DNA of 61,911 bases. Source: an uncultured Candidatus Saccharibacteria bacterium (GTDB taxonomy: Bacteria; Patescibacteriota; Saccharimonadia; Saccharimonadales; CAZARM01). The notes under the pieces are model-generated. The model was not told where the DNA came from, did no database searches, and saw nothing but the letters and a program-made list of their open reading frames with translations. Both the position numbers and the translations under genes were made by a program. Below are positions 18,447-27,337 of this stretch, in pieces (the first letter of the stretch is position 1; every line of letters starts with the position of its first letter). The stretch covers positions 1 through 61,911 of the forward strand of contig CAYXCB010000003.1 of assembly GCA_964463635.1 (NCBI GenBank). The letters are read 5' to 3'.

Positions 18447-18527
18447 AGGGGATAGTTTAGCATTATCCGTGGTATTTACATTATATCCTGAACACTTATA
18501 CTAAATACTAGAAAAACTAAAATCAAC

Positions 18528-19904
18528 ATGTCAGAACAATCATTTCGACCAGAAACCATTCCCGTAACCGACGTTACATGTCGAGAGTTCCGTGACCTAG
18601 TAAAGCAAATCACGGATGAGTTGCCCCTTGACATGGATGGTGAGTCACGCTCGGATAAGTTGGGTGACAAATTTGTGACCCAAGCACCATCGATTGTCTA
18701 TAAGGGTGGCACCGACTACGAAGTTTGGGAAAGTGTTGAAGATAGCCCCCTTGAGGGAGTAGTTTACGAAGTTGACACAATTTTTAAAGTTAGTGAAGAC
18801 GTCGATGGTGTTCTTCATGCCGAGCGCGAAGTACAGCATGATGATGTCTCGCCACGCACGATAGTACCTAGAACTGAAGAAGAGCAACGCCGATACGATG
18901 AACTAAAAGCCAAAATGGCACGAATTACACCCGAGGAGTTTGAACAAGAATTCAGACGAAGAATGGACGCTATGGATTATGAAACACGTAATAGACTAGT
19001 TGATCAAATACATCAAAGAGATAAGGATAAGGAGGAAGAACGACAGCTTGGGCTCAAGGATATTTCGGAGCAAGAACTTCAACGAGTAATTAGAGAATTA
19101 AGGGTAGCAGCAGAGAGTGAATCAGTTCAGGCTGAAACTGTCAGTTCGGTACCTGAATTTCCGTTTACAGAGCCGTTATTAGTTCACCCTAGTGGCCATG
19201 GTTACCAAGAAGACGATTATACAAAATTGGTAGACACCCATACTGGGTTTGATCGTATCTTTGATGCAGAACGCCGACAAAAACTCCAAGAAGCCATCTT
19301 GCAAGCTACGAAAAGCCTTGGGCTTGAGCCAGCCGATGTATTACTAGCAGGCTTTGAGGGCGATTCGCTGTCGGAAGCTGTAGACACGGAGAAGATGGAA
19401 AGCTTGAATGTCGGGTCAGGTTTGTCAACTGATGATCTTATGGCACAAACTAGGGGTAGCGTAGATTCGATTGATGATGAGATTAAAGCTGCTGCCCATA
19501 GAATGATGGAATTAGACGATGAAGGAATGCTTGATGAGGCCACACGACAAGAGCATTTGCAAAGAATTGAAAGCCTAAAACAGCAAAGAAGTGATCAAGC
19601 TCCGGGTGCCGAACTTGACATGGAACATGGCTGGCCGGTTTATTACTTCAGCACTACGGACGCAGTATTAGATCCCAATTCTGAGGATAATCCACTAGCC
19701 TATTCGCTAGATAACGAAGGCAATGGCAAAGTAGGCATTTACGCACGATATTTCCTGGAACAAAATAGTCACAGATACGGACATTTAACAGAGCTTTCAC
19801 CTCGTGCCGACGATCAAATAGTGGTGGCTGCAAAAGGTGAAACAGTTCAGCAAGCGTTGGTGGGAGTATTAACATTCAAGGTAGTACTACCTACAAAGAG
19901 TTAA
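18528..19904 (+). CDS. Acidic hypothetical passenger protein
   Basis: 458-aa D/E-rich ORF with coiled-coil stretches; TTTACA-17-TATACT upstream. Confidence 0.7.
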   Translation: MSEQSFRPETIPVTDVTCREFRDLVKQITDELPLDMDGESRSDKLGDKFVTQAPSIVYKGGTDYEVWESVEDSPLEGVVYEVDTIFKVSEDVDGVLHAEREVQHDDVSPRTIVPRTEEEQRRYDELKAKMARITPEEFEQEFRRRMDAMDYETRNRLVDQIHQRDKDKEEERQLGLKDISEQELQRVIRELRVAAESESVQAETVSSVPEFPFTEPLLVHPSGHGYQEDDYTKLVDTHTGFDRIFDAERRQKLQEAILQATKSLGLEPADVLLAGFEGDSLSEAVDTEKMESLNVGSGLSTDDLMAQTRGSVDSIDDEIKAAAHRMMELDDEGMLDEATRQEHLQRIESLKQQRSDQAPGAELDMEHGWPVYYFSTTDAVLDPNSEDNPLAYSLDNEGNGKVGIYARYFLEQNSHRYGHLTELSPRADDQIVVAAKGETVQQALVGVLTFKVVLPTKS

Positions 19905-19940
19905 TTATTAGCTAAATTCCCTGACAAACTGCGTAGTATG

Positions 19941-19965
19941 ACTTCCTGTTCAAAAAACAGGAAGT
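19941..19965. terminator. Hairpin between convergent genes (terminator or binding site)
   Basis: ACTTCCTGTT-N5-AACAGGAAGT. Confidence 0.45.
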
Positions 19966-19976
19966 ACAGTTTTCTC

Positions 19977-20825
19977 TCACGCTTTCTCCCAAATATCACC
20001 AAAGATTCCATGATCTTTAAGTTTTTCCGTAGTTGTAAACCGTATATCTGGTCTATCCTCATCATCTCTGTCCCAGATTTCTGAAATCAGTCCTCTTGTT
20101 CTTCGTTTGGCGTAGATTAAGTCAGTTACCCGTGCACATACAAGTAAGATATTAGGCTTTGGATCACCGAATGTTTCGTCTTCCCAGATACCAAGTTCTT
20201 CGTCCATATAGGTGACATATTGTTTCAGCCGGTATCGTAAACGGTACTGTGGCAGTTCAAAGTCAAAGATTTCAAGTAGATAGCTTTCGGTTGCTTCCAT
20301 TTCATTCCACCCATCGTCATGTAACTTAGAGAAGCATAAGTTTGGACGAATATATTCATTATCTGCTAGGAAGTGGTACTTACCGTAGCCGAGATAGTCT
20401 GCTTCTGTTTCATAGTAGTAACAGGTACGTATGTGATCTTTCGTTTCATCAAAGCTGTGTAGGGTTACGCCAACGTCAGCTAATAAGAGACAGCGGTCAA
20501 TGAAGCTTTTACTGCGGTCTTTATCTTTGTAGCGTTTGTGTAGCTCTGGCTCATTGTGCACACCATAATAGCGATAGCGGTTAATAGCGTTCTTGGAAAG
20601 GTAATAGATTGCTGGGGTACTTTTATCTATAAAGCTAGCTTTGTTATATATCCAATCTATATAGCCTTTTGCTCGTAAGTCTTTAAGCCATAGATAGGTA
20701 TTCTTTTTATCTTTATGTTTTAAGAATGCTTGTATATGTATTCTGGTTAAGTATCTATGTTTATATAGAAGATCAAGTATTTCTTGTTGTCTATAGCTTA
20801 TTTTTGCTAGATCTAGTGTTTTCAT
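19977..20825 (-). CDS. Replication-relaxation (Replic_Relax-like) family protein
   Basis: N-terminal wHTH (RQQEIL.LLYKHRYLT..HIQ, L.DL...GYI, IYYLS); C-terminal PD-(D/E)XK-like part (IRPNL, YLLEI, LKQY, P.ILLV). Confidence 0.7.
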   Translation of the reverse strand: MKTLDLAKISYRQQEILDLLYKHRYLTRIHIQAFLKHKDKKNTYLWLKDLRAKGYIDWIYNKASFIDKSTPAIYYLSKNAINRYRYYGVHNEPELHKRYKDKDRSKSFIDRCLLLADVGVTLHSFDETKDHIRTCYYYETEADYLGYGKYHFLADNEYIRPNLCFSKLHDDGWNEMEATESYLLEIFDFELPQYRLRYRLKQYVTYMDEELGIWEDETFGDPKPNILLVCARVTDLIYAKRRTRGLISEIWDRDDEDRPDIRFTTTEKLKDHGIFGDIWEKA

Positions 20826-21009
20826 TATGCCAAACCCTCCTACTCCCTATATGTATAAAGATAGGAAACACTATAACGAATGAATAACAGATAGACACAA
20901 GCAGGATTTATGCCCCCGCTCGTGGGGGTGTGAATGCACATCAGCAAACTAACAGATATGTAGGCTAGTTACATGCTGTTAGGGTATACTCGGCTTATTG
21001 CTCGCTAAC

Positions 21010-21219
21010 TTAGGTTGGCTCTTCGTTTTGCGTGTTTGGAACAGGCAGTTCAAGCTCTCGCCAGCCACCAGTTCCTGTTTCCTGTTCTTTATCAGCTAGT
21101 ACTCTCGCTATGACTACGGCAGTGGCGCTCAGCATTACCCAGCCAGCCAATTTGGCGGCGTTGATTATTACATCTCGTGGGATGTAATGCTCCACCCGTC
21201 GTAAGACGTCTGGGGGCAT
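21010..21219 (-). CDS. Small single-TM hypothetical protein
   Basis: 69 aa, starts 7 nt after the upstream stop. Confidence 0.5.
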   Translation of the reverse strand: MPPDVLRRVEHYIPRDVIINAAKLAGWVMLSATAVVIARVLADKEQETGTGGWRELELPVPNTQNEEPT

Positions 21220-21226
21220 AGTTTGC

Positions 21227-21634
21227 TTATATTCCTAGGAGCTGCTTGATTCGGTCGACGACGTCGGCGATTACGACCTGGGATTTGACTAAGTAATCAT
21301 CGACGCCGAGTGTCTTGGCGCGCTCTTTGTCGCTGTCCTGGCTCAGGGCGGTCAGCATAATGACCTTCACGTTGGTTGTTTCAGGCGTATTACGCAGAAT
21401 ATCTAAAACATCGAAGCCGCTAACTTTGGGCATCATAACGTCTAGCAGAATTAGGTCTGGCTTAAATTCTAAGGTTGCAGCTAAGGCGTCTTCGCCATTA
21501 GGCACGCGGCGCACATTGAAGCCCTCGGCTTGCAGACGGGTCTGGTAAACACTGGCTAGGCTGTCGTCGTCTTCGACAAGCAGGATTTTCTTGTTGGCAC
21601 CGGACGCGGGTTGAGGTGTTGTCTGTGGATCCAT
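21227..21634 (-). CDS. Single-domain response regulator (canonical)
   Basis: ILLVEDD, PDLILLDVMMP, MLTA, DDYLVK. Confidence 0.92.
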   Translation of the reverse strand: MDPQTTPQPASGANKKILLVEDDDSLASVYQTRLQAEGFNVRRVPNGEDALAATLEFKPDLILLDVMMPKVSGFDVLDILRNTPETTNVKVIMLTALSQDSDKERAKTLGVDDYLVKSQVVIADVVDRIKQLLGI

Positions 21635-21653
21635 ATGCTTATGCTACCTTAGT

Positions 21654-23255
21654 CTATTGTGGCTTACAAGCTTTAATAAAACCATCGAACATTGGGTGGG
21701 CCCGGTTGGGTCGGGATTTGAATTCTGGATGGAATTGGCTAGCCAGGAAGAACGGGTGGTTAGCGCCTTCAATTATTTCTACTAGGTTGTTTTCCGGATT
21801 TATTCCAACCGGCAGAATGCCCCATGATTCATAGTTTTCGACAAAAGTATTGTTGGCCTCGTAACGGTGGCGGTGACGTTCGACAATCTTGGTTGCGCCG
21901 TAAACTTTAGCTGCTAGACTGCCCTTTTGAATTTCGCAGTCATAATTACCGAGACGCATTGTGCCGCCAGTCATTTCCTTGCCAGCCTGGCCTTCCATGG
22001 TGTTAATAACCAGGTTTGGGCTGCCTGGATTGAGTTCGGCAGAGGAAGCATCGGTGATGCCCGCATTGCGAGCCGCGGCGATAACCCCCATCTGCATGCC
22101 TAGGCACAAGCCAAGGTACGGCACTTTTTCCTTCAAAGCATACTGAGCGGCCTTGATTTTGCCTTCCAGGCCGCGAATACCGAAGCCGCCTGGCACGACT
22201 ATGCCATCTAGGCCTTTCAGGGCTTTGGCAACATCTTTATCTGAGCCTAGAGCTTCAGCGTCAATCCATCTGATATCAATGTTAGTGTCATTCGACCAAC
22301 TGGCCGCCCGCAAGGCTTCAAAAACCGACATGTAGGTGTCGGTGTTGTCCATGTACTTAGCGACCACGCCGACGGTTACTTTTTTGTTAAAGTCAGAAGT
22401 CGCCCGTTTGACAACATCCCGCCACTCTTTCAGGGCGGGTTTGGAAATCTTGAGCCCCAGGCGCTTGGCGATAACGTCGGCAATTCCTGTGTCTTCTAGC
22501 TCTAAAGGAACGCCGTAGATGCTGGTAGCATTTGGCAGCAGCGCGATAGCATCTTTGCTAACACCAGAAAACAAACTGAGTTTATTTTTGACGCTGTCTG
22601 GCGCTTGCGCTTCGCTTCTGGCGACTAAAACATCCGGGGCAATACCTAGGCCGCGCAGCTCGCGCACGGAATTTTGGGCCGGTTTGGTTTTAAATTCTTG
22701 GCTAGCACCCAAAAAAGGCATGTAGACGACATGTACGTAAATACAGTTTTCGCTCCCTACGCGCAGGCTGAATTCACGAATAGCTTCTATGAAACTTAGG
22801 CTTTCATAGTCGCCAACTGTGCCACCGATTTCGACTATATGGACATCGAAGCCTTTGCCGGCTTCCTGGATATAATCCTGGATAGCACTGGTAAGATGCG
22901 GGATGATCTGGACATCTTCGCCTTCGTATTTGCCAGCCCGTTCGTCTTGAATAACCTTGAGCAGCACGCGGCCGCTCATCAGACTGCTAGTCTGCGTTAA
23001 TTCTTCGTCCAGGAACCGTTCGTAGTGGCCGAGGTCCAGGTCTGTTTCTGCGCCGTCTTTAGTTACAAAACATTCGCCGTGTTCGCGCGGGTTAAGCGTA
23101 CCGGCGTCTACATTCAAATACGGGTCGCATTTTTGCAAGTTGACTGTAAGACCGCGGGCTTTTAAGAGGTTGCCGATTGAAGCGGCGGTGATACCCTTTC
23201 CTAACCCGGAAAGCACACCACCTGTTACAAACACGAACTTAGTCGCTTTAGCCAC
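21654..23255 (-). CDS. pyrG: CTP synthase
   Basis: FVTGGVLSGLGKG, DLDLGHYERF, GLCLGMQ, QFHPEF. Confidence 0.98.
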   Translation of the reverse strand: MAKATKFVFVTGGVLSGLGKGITAASIGNLLKARGLTVNLQKCDPYLNVDAGTLNPREHGECFVTKDGAETDLDLGHYERFLDEELTQTSSLMSGRVLLKVIQDERAGKYEGEDVQIIPHLTSAIQDYIQEAGKGFDVHIVEIGGTVGDYESLSFIEAIREFSLRVGSENCIYVHVVYMPFLGASQEFKTKPAQNSVRELRGLGIAPDVLVARSEAQAPDSVKNKLSLFSGVSKDAIALLPNATSIYGVPLELEDTGIADVIAKRLGLKISKPALKEWRDVVKRATSDFNKKVTVGVVAKYMDNTDTYMSVFEALRAASWSNDTNIDIRWIDAEALGSDKDVAKALKGLDGIVVPGGFGIRGLEGKIKAAQYALKEKVPYLGLCLGMQMGVIAAARNAGITDASSAELNPGSPNLVINTMEGQAGKEMTGGTMRLGNYDCEIQKGSLAAKVYGATKIVERHRHRYEANNTFVENYESWGILPVGINPENNLVEIIEGANHPFFLASQFHPEFKSRPNRAHPMFDGFIKACKPQ

Positions 23256-23316
23256 TCGTTAACACCTCTCTTTATGCCCTACAGTCTAGCATAAGAGAGC
23301 CTTAAGCTAAAAATGA

Positions 23317-23850
23317 TTACGCCGAAAATTGATCTGGATTTACCCGTTCCCATTTGGGCAAACAGGTATCAAATATAAACAATCCGATTTCACGAATATT
23401 GGCCGGCATCTTGTCTTTGGGCTGGGCTAGCAATTCTTCTCGGCTTAAAGCATGGATGTCAGCCGACTCGTCTTCGGCTACATCAAATTTGGGTTGCTCA
23501 TCAGTAATAAACACATATTGAGTATCGGTATGGAAGTGCCCTTCTTTGAATTTATGGGTCAGGCTTGTAGCCGCTACCGGATGCAGCACTACGCCAGTGA
23601 GATGTTTAACGCGGTCTTTGGGCTGCAGTAGAGTTAACTGGTCAATCGAATAGCCCGACTCTTCTTGTACTTCGTGGATTACAGCCTGCCACGGGTTTTC
23701 GTGTAACTCTACGTGGCCGCCGAACTGCATCAGCACGCCCAGTTTCTTATGAACATGCAGAAGAAGCTTAGGCACACCATTCTCTATGCGTACTATAAAG
23801 CCGCTAGCTGTGTGGTCATGTTGTCCAGGATCGGTGTGAATATGCGCCAT
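23317..23850 (-). CDS. NUDIX hydrolase
   Basis: HKKLG...FGGHVELHENPWQAVIHEVQEESG. Confidence 0.85.
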   Translation of the reverse strand: MAHIHTDPGQHDHTASGFIVRIENGVPKLLLHVHKKLGVLMQFGGHVELHENPWQAVIHEVQEESGYSIDQLTLLQPKDRVKHLTGVVLHPVAATSLTHKFKEGHFHTDTQYVFITDEQPKFDVAEDESADIHALSREELLAQPKDKMPANIREIGLFIFDTCLPKWERVNPDQFSA

Positions 23851-23867
23851 GTAACTTTTTTAGGGGA

Positions 23868-24077
23868 TCAGGCGATTTCTAGCGTTGTGATTCGTTGCTC
23901 GTGATTTTTTACACCAGCTTTAACTGCTTTCATATCTATTTTTAGTTCACCAACATCTTCTTTAAGCTCCGCGATATTTTTTTTCATATCTTTAATATCT
24001 GGAACTATGTTCTCAATTACAAAATCGAACTTTCCGTTAATATCCTCAAGTATTGCCACCAAGTGATCCTCTTTCAT
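23868..24077 (-). CDS. Small coiled-coil hypothetical protein
   Basis: ILEDINGKF..V.E, heptads, HEQRIT.LE. Confidence 0.65.
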   Translation of the reverse strand: MKEDHLVAILEDINGKFDFVIENIVPDIKDMKKNIAELKEDVGELKIDMKAVKAGVKNHEQRITTLEIA

Positions 24078-24096
24078 TACATGTATTTTAGCACAG

Positions 24097-25362
24097 TCAT
24101 TGCTTTAGGAAATTGAGGGCAGCGTCCTTTTGCGGGTCGCGGCCAGCCGTGTAATCTTCGTCACTGCGTTCGACTTTTTGGTCCGGCTCGATGCCTTCTT
24201 TGTCGATATTTTTGCCGCTTGGAGTATACCAGCGAGCTATGGTGACTTTAAGCACACTGCCGGCACTCAGGCCTTCGAGTTGCTGCACGCTACCTTTACC
24301 GAAAGTCTTTTGGCCTATCAGTGTGGCCGCGCCATTATCTTTGAGCGCTCCGGCTGTAATTTCGCTAGCGCTGGCGCTGCCTTCATCGATCAGCACAACT
24401 GTTTTCACGCCCTCTAATATCGGATTACCCTTAGCGGCAAACGTCCGGACAACTACATCGCCCCGCTTTTCCTGCAGAACGGTTTTGCCCTTCGGCAGCC
24501 AAATACTGACTAGGTCAACTGAGGCGTCCAGCAGCCCGCCCGGATTGCCGCGCATGTCTAAAATTACGCTGTTCACGCCTGAGCTTTTGAATTTATTGGC
24601 GGCTTCTCGGCTTAGTTTGGCGGTGTCTTCTGAAAAACGGCTGATTTTCAGGTAGCCAACCCGCCTGTCTGTCGGACAAGACGGGCAGGTGTTGCCATCC
24701 AGAATTTCGCTAGTCACGCTAGGAATAGTTATGGTCGCCCGTTCTATTTCAAATTCCAGTTCCTGGGCATTATCCCGAACAATTTTAAGCTTTACTTTAG
24801 TGCCGGCTGGGCCGCGAATTTTATTTACAGCTTCGCTGACTGATAGGTCGTATGCCGGTTCGCCGTCGATCTCAGCGATGATGTCCTTGGGCCGCAGTCC
24901 GGCTTTTTCGGCTGGGAAGCCGGCAATCGGCGAAACTACCACTAAAAAGTTGTTTTCCTTGCCCAGCTCGGCGCCAATGCCGCTAAATGTGCCATTCAGG
25001 TCTTCATCAAACTGCTTGGCTTCGTCAGGGCTCAGGTACTCCGTGTACTCGTCACCAGTGGCTTTAGCTAGCCCATCCTTGAGCCCATTAAGCAGATCCT
25101 CGGCGCTTAATTGCCCGTCATAGGTACTTTTTAGGGCGTCGTAAACTTCCTCAACAGAGGTGTAATCTAGGTCAGCTGGCAGGTCTTTTTGAACATTATT
25201 ATTGAACAGCCGGCTATTTCCAAAACTAATCCGGCCATTGCCAATACCAAGCCCCGCCATAAAAATAAATAGCCCGGCTAGAACCATCGGAGCTGATCGT
25301 TTGAGGCTGAACGAACGCTTTTTTTTCACTGATTCGACTTCTTCCGGCACCCTGCCCTCCAC
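24097..25362 (-). CDS. ctpA: S41 family C-terminal processing protease with PDZ domain
   Basis: FSGIG, DMRGNPGGLL, SASASEI, TFGKGSVQ, GIEPD. Confidence 0.93.
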   Translation of the reverse strand: MEGRVPEEVESVKKKRSFSLKRSAPMVLAGLFIFMAGLGIGNGRISFGNSRLFNNNVQKDLPADLDYTSVEEVYDALKSTYDGQLSAEDLLNGLKDGLAKATGDEYTEYLSPDEAKQFDEDLNGTFSGIGAELGKENNFLVVVSPIAGFPAEKAGLRPKDIIAEIDGEPAYDLSVSEAVNKIRGPAGTKVKLKIVRDNAQELEFEIERATITIPSVTSEILDGNTCPSCPTDRRVGYLKISRFSEDTAKLSREAANKFKSSGVNSVILDMRGNPGGLLDASVDLVSIWLPKGKTVLQEKRGDVVVRTFAAKGNPILEGVKTVVLIDEGSASASEITAGALKDNGAATLIGQKTFGKGSVQQLEGLSAGSVLKVTIARWYTPSGKNIDKEGIEPDQKVERSDEDYTAGRDPQKDAALNFLKQ

Positions 25363-25419
25363 TTAAGCATAATTGTTACAATCCACCCATTATCTCACAC
25401 CAAAGCGACTAGCTAAATT

Positions 25420-26583
25420 TTAAAAATAAATGTAGTTCAGGTTGTTGGCTGTGCTAGCCGAGATGACGTTCATGTCGTATTTGCCGGTGCCAGCACGGTT
25501 ATAGTCACTAACGACTATTGAACCATCGTCATTAACAGCTTCAACGTACATAACATGGCCGTAAAAGCCGCTGTTACTGACGGCTGCCGCACCTTCGCGC
25601 GGGGTGCCGCTGACTGTATAGCCATATGACGGCGCTCGGTCGTCCCATTCCTTCGCATTGCCTAAGCCGGCTGGTACATTACGGCCGACGGAACGGATTC
25701 GGTATGATACCCAGTCGGTACAGTTACGGTAGCCATACCCACCAGTCTGCCAGTTATAAATTTGTCCATTTACGTGCCAATCATAATTGCTGCAAGGGCC
25801 TTCGGCATTACCGGTATGAATACATTTGGCATAGCCCCAAGGGTAGCCACCACCGCCCATCGTACCGCCGGAACCGCCGAATAGGCGGGCGTTCTCAATT
25901 GCCTGCTGGCGCTTAAGCTCAGCTATGCGGGCAAAGTTGGCTTTAATTTCGCTATTAATAGTGGACTGTTGGCTCTTATTTAGCCCTAGCAACCGGCTCT
26001 GTTCTGATTTCTGGGCTATAACTTGAGCCTGCAAGGTTTCTTTTTCTTTCAGCAAACGCTCGACTTCTTCTTTTTGGGCTTTTAGCTGCAGTTTCAAAGC
26101 CGTAACTTTATCAAGCGTGTCTTTGATCTTATCTTTAACTGCGTCACGGTACTGCTGCTTGTCTACGAATTCACTGAGGTCATTACTGGTAGCCAACATC
26201 TCAAGCATAGTGATCTGGCCTTCCAGATACATGGCCTTGATGTTTTGAGCCAGCAGTGCCTTTTGCTTAGCTAATTCTTCTTCGGCAACTTTGATCTGCT
26301 GCTCAATATCAGCCTTCTTAGCTTCATTGGCGTTAATTTCAGCCTCTAGGCCATTAATCTGAGCCTGTAAGGCGTTAACGGTTGATTGCAGGTCGCTGGC
26401 CTCTACTTTGAGGGCTTGGACTGTTTGCTGGTTCTGGGCGTTGTCAGCTTGTAATTCATTAATCTGAGTCTGGAAACGGTCGGCACTGACTATCGGCGTA
26501 ACGGCAGCAAATACGAACACACCCACCAGTGCCAGAACTTGGAGGCGACCAACAGATGTGAGGCGTGTTTTGATTTTTTTCAT
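25420..26583 (-). CDS. Coiled-coil + CHAP peptidoglycan hydrolase (PcsB/CwlO-like) paralog 1
   Basis: Signal peptide, long coiled coil, NCTDWV, GNAKEW, YGHVMYVE. Confidence 0.9.
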   Translation of the reverse strand: MKKIKTRLTSVGRLQVLALVGVFVFAAVTPIVSADRFQTQINELQADNAQNQQTVQALKVEASDLQSTVNALQAQINGLEAEINANEAKKADIEQQIKVAEEELAKQKALLAQNIKAMYLEGQITMLEMLATSNDLSEFVDKQQYRDAVKDKIKDTLDKVTALKLQLKAQKEEVERLLKEKETLQAQVIAQKSEQSRLLGLNKSQQSTINSEIKANFARIAELKRQQAIENARLFGGSGGTMGGGGYPWGYAKCIHTGNAEGPCSNYDWHVNGQIYNWQTGGYGYRNCTDWVSYRIRSVGRNVPAGLGNAKEWDDRAPSYGYTVSGTPREGAAAVSNSGFYGHVMYVEAVNDDGSIVVSDYNRAGTGKYDMNVISASTANNLNYIYF

Positions 26584-26671
26584 TTTTGTTTGACTTATTT
26601 AGTCTTATGTATCATACCATAAGCACATTGAATATGCAAGTCCTTTTTAGGTGCTGGCACTATAGAGTAAT

Positions 26672-27052
26672 TTAGATTGCTTGCTGTGCTTCGTCTTCGA
26701 GTACCGTGTAGTCAGTAGTATCTAACCAAACGCCTCGTGAAGTTCGGCTGTCGTGATCTATGTGAGCGTACGGTCTGAGACTGCCAGAGTGGCTGTTCAC
26801 TAAACCTGCCCAGTCGATTACTAATATTTCGTCACTAATATGTGACCTATTTGGAAATTTACCCGGGTGATCATAAATAATGGCCCGGGCTACGTGGATC
26901 CTTTTACCTATCAGCTCTCTCAAGCTCTGATCATAAGCCCGCTGAGCTTCCGCAAGTTTCTCCTGTACAGCTTGCGACTGTTCAGTAGCTTTCTTAAACT
27001 GTTCGCGTGCTTCTACAAACTCAAAAGATTTATCCGGGTTAATCGGTGGCAT
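26672..27052 (-). CDS. Hypothetical protein
   Basis: Start reassigned to MPPINP (AAGGAG RBS upstream). Confidence 0.55.
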   Translation of the reverse strand: MPPINPDKSFEFVEAREQFKKATEQSQAVQEKLAEAQRAYDQSLRELIGKRIHVARAIIYDHPGKFPNRSHISDEILVIDWAGLVNSHSGSLRPYAHIDHDSRTSRGVWLDTTDYTVLEDEAQQAI

Positions 27053-27140
27053 AAAACTCCTTCTGACTATATAAAACCACCGCCGCAATGAATTTGCAAG
27101 CATGAGCCAGATCAAAAATACTTTAGACCATGGTCTTAGT

Positions 27141-27314
27141 CCAGGCTCTGGAAGTTCCTGATGACTGAGTGTCAAAGCCACAATCTAGTAGCTGAGGATT
27201 TAGTCCGCTTTAGGCGGACGATTGTCCGAAGCATTGTGGTCTTTGACAATGAAGTCATAAAGAACTGGAATTGCCTGGGAGTTTTTGCCCACCTTTTGGC
27301 GGACCAAAAGGTGG
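27141..27314. repeat. Nested palindromic intergenic element plus adjacent hairpin
   Basis: CCAGGC/GCCTGG, ATGACT/AGTCAT, TGTCAAAG/CTTTGACA, CCACAAT/ATTGTGG, GTCCGC/GCGGAC; then CCACCTTTTGG/CCAAAAGGTGG. Confidence 0.75.
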
Positions 27315-27337
27315 AAAGATTGCTTCTTGGAAAGAAG

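Larger units (their letters stand above)
17442..20994 (+). mobile_element. IS1595-family transposon with passenger genes (3553 bp)
   Basis: Imperfect 27-bp IRs (17442-17468, 20968-20994) flanked by direct repeat TTATTGCT (17434-17441, 20995-21002). Confidence 0.8.

Noticed and set aside
18441-18460. Alternative right end of IS1595 just after the transposase (GGGGATAG)
   Set aside because: Only a short match to IRL and no TSD; the end at 20994 has both a longer IR and the 8-bp duplication
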